This document shows positions 54,417-58,418 of a stretch of DNA of 58,418 bases, piece by piece (the stretch's first letter is position 1; each line of letters begins with the position of its first letter). The notes beneath the pieces are model-generated. The model saw only the letters and a list, made by a program, of their open reading frames with translations, was not told the origin of the DNA and ran no database searches. Both the position numbers and the translations under genes were made by a program. This DNA comes from Escherichia phage KS_A3: sequence record PP627278.1; one strand, 5' to 3'.

Positions 54417-54809
54417 ATGCTATTAGTCGTCACCGGAGGTCGAGATTTTAAGCATGTGGAGTATATTTACGCTCAATTGGATAAGCTGCATATGCAAAGA
54501 AGGATAACCACACTTCGCCACGGTGACGCTGACGGTGTTGACCGCATTTGCGCACATTGGGCAGAGCGCAACGGTATTAAGACAGAAGCGTTCCCTGCCC
54601 CGTGGGACAATCTTTCCTTACCAAATACCAAGATACGGTATAACGCCAAGGGTGCTTATAATGCACAAGCTGGCGCATACCGTAACCAATTAATGTTGGA
54701 TACTGATCCTAAACCAGATCACGCTATTGTGTTTCCTGGCGGAGCTGGTACTATGGATATGTACAGACGGATTAAAGCATCCGGTATTCCTTACACTTTA
54801 GCGGAGTAA
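54417..54809 (+). CDS. SLOG/DUF2493-like Rossmann-fold protein
   Basis: 130 aa; VTGGRDF...HGDADGVDRICAHWA...FPGGAGT pattern typical of SLOG (Smf/DprA-LOG) family. Confidence 0.4.
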   Translation: MLLVVTGGRDFKHVEYIYAQLDKLHMQRRITTLRHGDADGVDRICAHWAERNGIKTEAFPAPWDNLSLPNTKIRYNAKGAYNAQAGAYRNQLMLDTDPKPDHAIVFPGGAGTMDMYRRIKASGIPYTLAE

Positions 54810-54812
54810 ATA

Positions 54813-55283
54813 ATGGCTGACGTTAAAACTATTGTTGATGCAATGGACGAATCCAAAGACTGCCAACTGAAGAAGTCATTTGAAGTAAAACAGGTTACAG
54901 AGACTCAGTTGGTTTGCAATTTTGCGCGTTATTGTGGACTGGGGCGCGGGAAAGACTGGAACGGGCTTATTGTTATGCCCACATCGCAGATTCTCGTTTA
55001 CGTCCGCAATATTGTAGAAGATCTTTTGCGTCTTCAAATAGATATTGGTGACGTAGAAATTAACATGACCGCGAGCTCTACCATTGTGGTTAAATGGCAG
55101 TCGGGCGAGACACTGCGTTTGGAAGCGTGTCATTGTGCTAAGAGCTTGCACCACCTGCGCGGCTGTCATTACCAGTTCGTTGGGTTTGTACATCCGCAAG
55201 GGTTAAGCGAGCGTACGGCGCTTGTAGCTCGTTTGCTGCTGCGTCCTTATAATAACGAGCCGGAAGTCATATACGAGGCATAA
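54813..55283 (+). CDS. hypothetical protein
   Basis: 156 aa ORF. Confidence 0.45.
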   Translation: MADVKTIVDAMDESKDCQLKKSFEVKQVTETQLVCNFARYCGLGRGKDWNGLIVMPTSQILVYVRNIVEDLLRLQIDIGDVEINMTASSTIVVKWQSGETLRLEACHCAKSLHHLRGCHYQFVGFVHPQGLSERTALVARLLLRPYNNEPEVIYEA

Positions 55284-55284
55284 G

Positions 55285-55491
55285 ATGGAAACTCCATTAG
55301 CTAAACAAATGATAGAGCGTGCGGATCGGGACGGTTTACCGGAAGACCATGCTATGCGTCGAACTGCCCAAGTATTTGACGAAATTAGCGTTAAATATGC
55401 GATGGGTAAGAGCACGCCTAAAGGTTTATTGGGCGCCTGGGCTCGCGCTCGGCGCTGCTGGTGCAACTACACCGGAGAACCACTTGTATGA
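55285..55491 (+). CDS. hypothetical protein
   Basis: 68 aa ORF. Confidence 0.4.
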   Translation: METPLAKQMIERADRDGLPEDHAMRRTAQVFDEISVKYAMGKSTPKGLLGAWARARRCWCNYTGEPLV

Positions 55492-55910
55492 TTAAACACG
55501 TTAAACAGCCAACGTTGAATACATGCGTTTCTGCGTGTTTGGCAATGATCCTTAATAAACCTGTCGAAAAGGTCATTAAGGAATTTCACAGTCGTTATTA
55601 TAACAACTGGGAAATCACTATCAGCGAATATTTGACTAAAAACGGCGTCCCGCATCATTGTTCAGAAGGTGGTGGGCGTGAAACTTTGCATATGGGAGGT
55701 TTGTTCCTATGCACGGTGCCAAGTCTTAATATTCCTGGCGCATTGCACCAGATTGTGATTGATATGACGGATCACAAGTTTATTGTGCATGATCCAATTA
55801 AAGGATGGGAAGGTAAAAAGTTCTATGTTGGTCCGGATCAAGATCCTGAAGAGCCTGGAGCTTTTATCATTCATACTTGGGTCAAAGACGTTGAAATCCT
55901 GCCTTATTAA
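55488..55910 (+). CDS. putative C39-like papain-fold cysteine peptidase
   Basis: N-terminal QPTLNTCVSACLAMIL resembles the Q...C..A.L.M catalytic-Cys motif of C39 peptidases; ATG 55488 overlaps upstream stop. Confidence 0.3.
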   Translation: MIKHVKQPTLNTCVSACLAMILNKPVEKVIKEFHSRYYNNWEITISEYLTKNGVPHHCSEGGGRETLHMGGLFLCTVPSLNIPGALHQIVIDMTDHKFIVHDPIKGWEGKKFYVGPDQDPEEPGAFIIHTWVKDVEILPY

Positions 55911-55972
55911 TTTTCTTGCTATCACATAACCCTTCATTGTATTGTGTACCCATCGAATAAGAGGGGTACACA

Positions 55973-56158
55973 ATGACCAAACTATACGCCGGATTGTTTT
56001 TATTTGCGACGTTGATGTTCGCTGGGCTTTATACCTATACAGTAGTCGAACAACCTTCCACGGTTATCCGAATCTTTGCAAGTACAGGGCTTTGCATCTG
56101 TCTTATTCTATTTGTTTTATGCATTGTTATTATTCAAGACCAAAGGAAAGTTAAATGA
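55973..56158 (+). CDS. small two-TM membrane protein
   Basis: 61 aa, two hydrophobic helices. Confidence 0.4.
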   Translation: MTKLYAGLFLFATLMFAGLYTYTVVEQPSTVIRIFASTGLCICLILFVLCIVIIQDQRKVK

Positions 56159-56619
56159 CCACAATTGCGTTTGATGGAAAAGTATTAGCTGCGGACCGTG
56201 GCGTTATGCGCGGGGAAGCTGTGACTGCTTATAAGAAAGTTCATAGCGTGAATGGACATCGTGGACGGTTTTTACTGGGCTTGTGCGGTTTGACAGCATT
56301 TACCGATCAGGTGTTGCGTTATTTTAATAGCGCGGAACCTGTTAAGTTCCCTGATATTAAACTTTACAGCAAAGATGATGATTACGGGCAAACTTGCGGT
56401 CTTGCTGTCACTCCGGAAGGTACTTGCCATTTTATTTATAATGATGGTACTTTGAGCGAGCCCATGCTGGATGGATGGGGATCTGAGGGTAGCGGTTGTG
56501 TGTTTGCTGCTGGGGCGTTAGCTGCTGGTGCAAGTGCGAGCGAAGCTATTGAGTTGGCAATTAAACACACCACATGCGCATTCCTGGGAGTCGATACAAT
56601 ATCATTTGAGGGTTTTTAA
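56155..56619 (+). CDS. HslV/proteasome-like Ntn-hydrolase peptidase
   Basis: 154 aa; N-terminal MTTIAFDGKVLAADRG (Thr nucleophile after Met) and C-terminal GSEGSGCVFAAGALAAG...AIELAI parallel the HslV TTIV...AGDGQ and GSGG.YA..AA.AL pattern. Confidence 0.45.
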   Translation: MTTIAFDGKVLAADRGVMRGEAVTAYKKVHSVNGHRGRFLLGLCGLTAFTDQVLRYFNSAEPVKFPDIKLYSKDDDYGQTCGLAVTPEGTCHFIYNDGTLSEPMLDGWGSEGSGCVFAAGALAAGASASEAIELAIKHTTCAFLGVDTISFEGF

Positions 56620-56880
56620 ATGACTACATTCAGTCACCTGATCCCACCTGCTTATCATAGTAAGGTAGTTGACCACGGGACGCATGTTGTAATTGGTGGC
56701 GAAATCTTTATCACAGATAACGAGGAAATCGCCATTGCAATTATTGACAGCACTCAGCATGACTTTATGGTTATCCTGCAACACGAACCAGATAACTTCA
56801 CTTTTTACTCCAGCTACGGGGTCGATAAAGGTGGAAAAAGCCTTGTTAGCTGGTACATTAGTGAGTGGTTTGACGGGTAA
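56620..56880 (+). CDS. hypothetical protein
   Basis: 86 aa ORF. Confidence 0.4.
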   Translation: MTTFSHLIPPAYHSKVVDHGTHVVIGGEIFITDNEEIAIAIIDSTQHDFMVILQHEPDNFTFYSSYGVDKGGKSLVSWYISEWFDG

Positions 56881-56962
56881 TCTCCTTAGATCAATTCTCC
56901 TTGCGCCGTATCAAGTTTCTCTGTTACCCTTGAGTGGTTCATGTCAAGCGGAGGAACTCGAT

Positions 56963-57400
56963 ATGGCACTTCAACCTCGTGGTATTCGTAATAACAATCC
57001 AGGCAATATTCGCTGGGGTGATAATTGGCAGGGCTTAGTTCCTGTTGATAAGCGAACCGATAAATCTTTTGCGCAATTCACGCAACCGATTTACGGCATT
57101 CGCGCACTAGCGAAAATCCTGACAAACTACACCAAACGTGAAGGCTTACCCAATGTGGGTAAGAAAAACATCGACACTGTACGTGAAATCATCGCTCGCT
57201 GGGCACCGCCTAACGAAAACGATACGGAAGCGTATATTCGCTCTGTTGCCAAAGCAATTGGTGTTCAACCTAACGATCCAATTAATGTCTTCGACAAGGC
57301 AATTATGTCAGGATTGGTGAAAGCAATCATTCGTCATGAAAATGGCATGATGCCCTATACCGATGACGTAATTAACCGCGCTATTGCAATGGTACTTTAA
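56963..57400 (+). CDS. putative endolysin (peptidoglycan hydrolase; family not resolved)
   Basis: ATG at 56963 with SD GGAGGA (track ORF over-extended from 56693); immediately upstream of holin and spanin genes. Confidence 0.45.
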   Translation: MALQPRGIRNNNPGNIRWGDNWQGLVPVDKRTDKSFAQFTQPIYGIRALAKILTNYTKREGLPNVGKKNIDTVREIIARWAPPNENDTEAYIRSVAKAIGVQPNDPINVFDKAIMSGLVKAIIRHENGMMPYTDDVINRAIAMVL

Positions 57401-57436
57401 CTGACGGGGCGTTAGCCCCTTTTATTTGGAGGGAAC

Positions 57437-57781
57437 ATGTTCAATTCACCCAACGAACATTGGGCAGTTCTAGCGGGGTTTGCGTTTATCTCCCTCATTG
57501 GGGGAGCTCTCGGTTATGTCATGCGTACAATAGACGCTGGTAAGAAAGTACGGGCAAGCATTGCATTTCTTGAAGGCTTATCCGCCGCTTTCTTTGGCGT
57601 TATAATGTATGCGATCTACAGGGAGTTTAACATCAGCCTTTGGTTCGCTTTTGGCCTTGCTGGCCTATTTGCTTGGGTAGGTTCACGTGCTACGCTAAAA
57701 GCCCTAACGTCGCTTATAGCTTCACGGACAGGGATCAAACTCGATTCAGGGGACTGCAAACATGAAAACGATTCTAAATAA
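57437..57781 (+). CDS. holin
   Basis: 114 aa, three predicted TM helices, charged C-terminus, SD GGAGGG. Confidence 0.55.
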   Translation: MFNSPNEHWAVLAGFAFISLIGGALGYVMRTIDAGKKVRASIAFLEGLSAAFFGVIMYAIYREFNISLWFAFGLAGLFAWVGSRATLKALTSLIASRTGIKLDSGDCKHENDSK

Positions 57782-58235
57782 CTTCTTCGGTTTTATAAAA
57801 ACTAAACCGCGTCTGTTTATCGAGTATTTGATGATCGGCGCGGTTGTGTTTTTATGCGGGGTGGCTGCATACTTGTGGTCACAGAACGAGCTCAGCAAAA
57901 CTAATTTAAATCATGCTGAGCAAAGACTAACCGTTGTAGAACGGGACAATGCAAAGCTGGGCGAAGCTGTTGTATTTCTTGCATCCCAACGGGAGAAGGA
58001 TACTGAATCCTATCGAAAATTGGCTTCAGCGATTGAAAGTGAGCAACATAACCACAGGTTGCTTCAGGACAAATTAAAAGCACTGGAGAAAAGCAATGCC
58101 GACGTCAAAGCTTATCTTAATGAGCGTGTTCCTGATGATTTGCGCAGGCTGCTCGACGGAGATACAACCTCCACCGCCGCAGATAGTGAAAATAAAACTT
58201 CCAGCCCATCTGTTGGTAGAATGTCGGGAAGTTGA
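57762..58235 (+). CDS. i-spanin (Rz-like)
   Basis: 157 aa; N-terminal TM helix then coiled-coil periplasmic domain. Confidence 0.55.
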   Translation: MKTILNNFFGFIKTKPRLFIEYLMIGAVVFLCGVAAYLWSQNELSKTNLNHAEQRLTVVERDNAKLGEAVVFLASQREKDTESYRKLASAIESEQHNHRLLQDKLKALEKSNADVKAYLNERVPDDLRRLLDGDTTSTAADSENKTSSPSVGRMSGS

Positions 58236-58398
58236 TAAATATCCTTTGGTTTATACGAGGGATATTATCCAACGTTTGCAGGATACAGAAACAGCTCTGA
58301 CTGAATGTAAACTGAGGGTTAAGGAAATCATACGCTATGAAGCTGAAAATGTTTCGCTTGATTTTGTAGGATCAAGCAATTATATTCAGCCTAAATAG
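58096..58398 (+). CDS. o-spanin (Rz1-like lipoprotein), overlapped with i-spanin gene
   Basis: 100 aa in alternate frame starting inside the i-spanin gene; signal peptide with Cys (LMICAGCST), Pro-rich mature N-terminus, SD GGAG. Confidence 0.5.
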   Translation: MPTSKLILMSVFLMICAGCSTEIQPPPPQIVKIKLPAHLLVECREVDKYPLVYTRDIIQRLQDTETALTECKLRVKEIIRYEAENVSLDFVGSSNYIQPK

Positions 58399-58418
58399 CA
58401 ATACGAAAGGGGGCTTCC

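Noticed and set aside
1-58418. Integrase or lysogeny module
   Set aside because: No tyrosine or serine recombinase motifs or CI/Cro-like divergent pair recognised; gene content is consistent with a virulent phage

Overview
The window reads as a complete or near-complete ~58.4 kb genome of a virulent siphovirus-type enterobacterial phage. No integrase, repressor module, tRNA or CRISPR array was recognised. It has three transcription blocks separated by hairpin terminators. (1) + strand, 1-21.7 kb: packaging, head and tail morphogenesis (terminase, portal, scaffold, capsid, tail chaperone with a -1 frameshift, tape measure, lambda M/L/K/J-like tip proteins, a tail fibre with a C-terminal chaperone domain) plus one oppositely oriented lipoprotein gene. 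(2) - strand, 21.9-51.3 kb: early and DNA-metabolism genes (family B DNA polymerase, SF2 helicase, AEP-type primase, ATP-dependent ligase, RNase H, dUTPase, Sak4-like ATPase with an SSB-like partner, nucleases, three HNH endonucleases). Embedded in this block is the most notable system: a 7-deazaguanine DNA-modification cluster (TGT-like dpdA, folE, queD, queC, queE) with a small polytopic membrane protein and two unknown ORFs. This gene set is known from dpd-type systems and some phages, so the family is not new; the uncharacterised cluster members are the candidates for novelty. (3) + strand, 51.6-58.4 kb: small accessory genes (a three-member paralogous family, SLOG-like, C39-like and HslV-like proteins) ending in a lysis cassette (endolysin, holin, overlapped i/o-spanins). 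Other points of interest are an iteron-like repeat array in an AT-rich 0.65 kb gap, two repeat-rich noncoding islands, a K/A-rich histone-like protein with a poly-Ala tract, and two tiny hydrophobic peptide ORFs missed by the 60-aa ORF track. All calls rest on motif reading, gene order and ORF structure; no database search was run, so family assignments are hypotheses. The ORF track also opens ORFs at GTG, so several starts were moved to the ATG with a Shine-Dalgarno.
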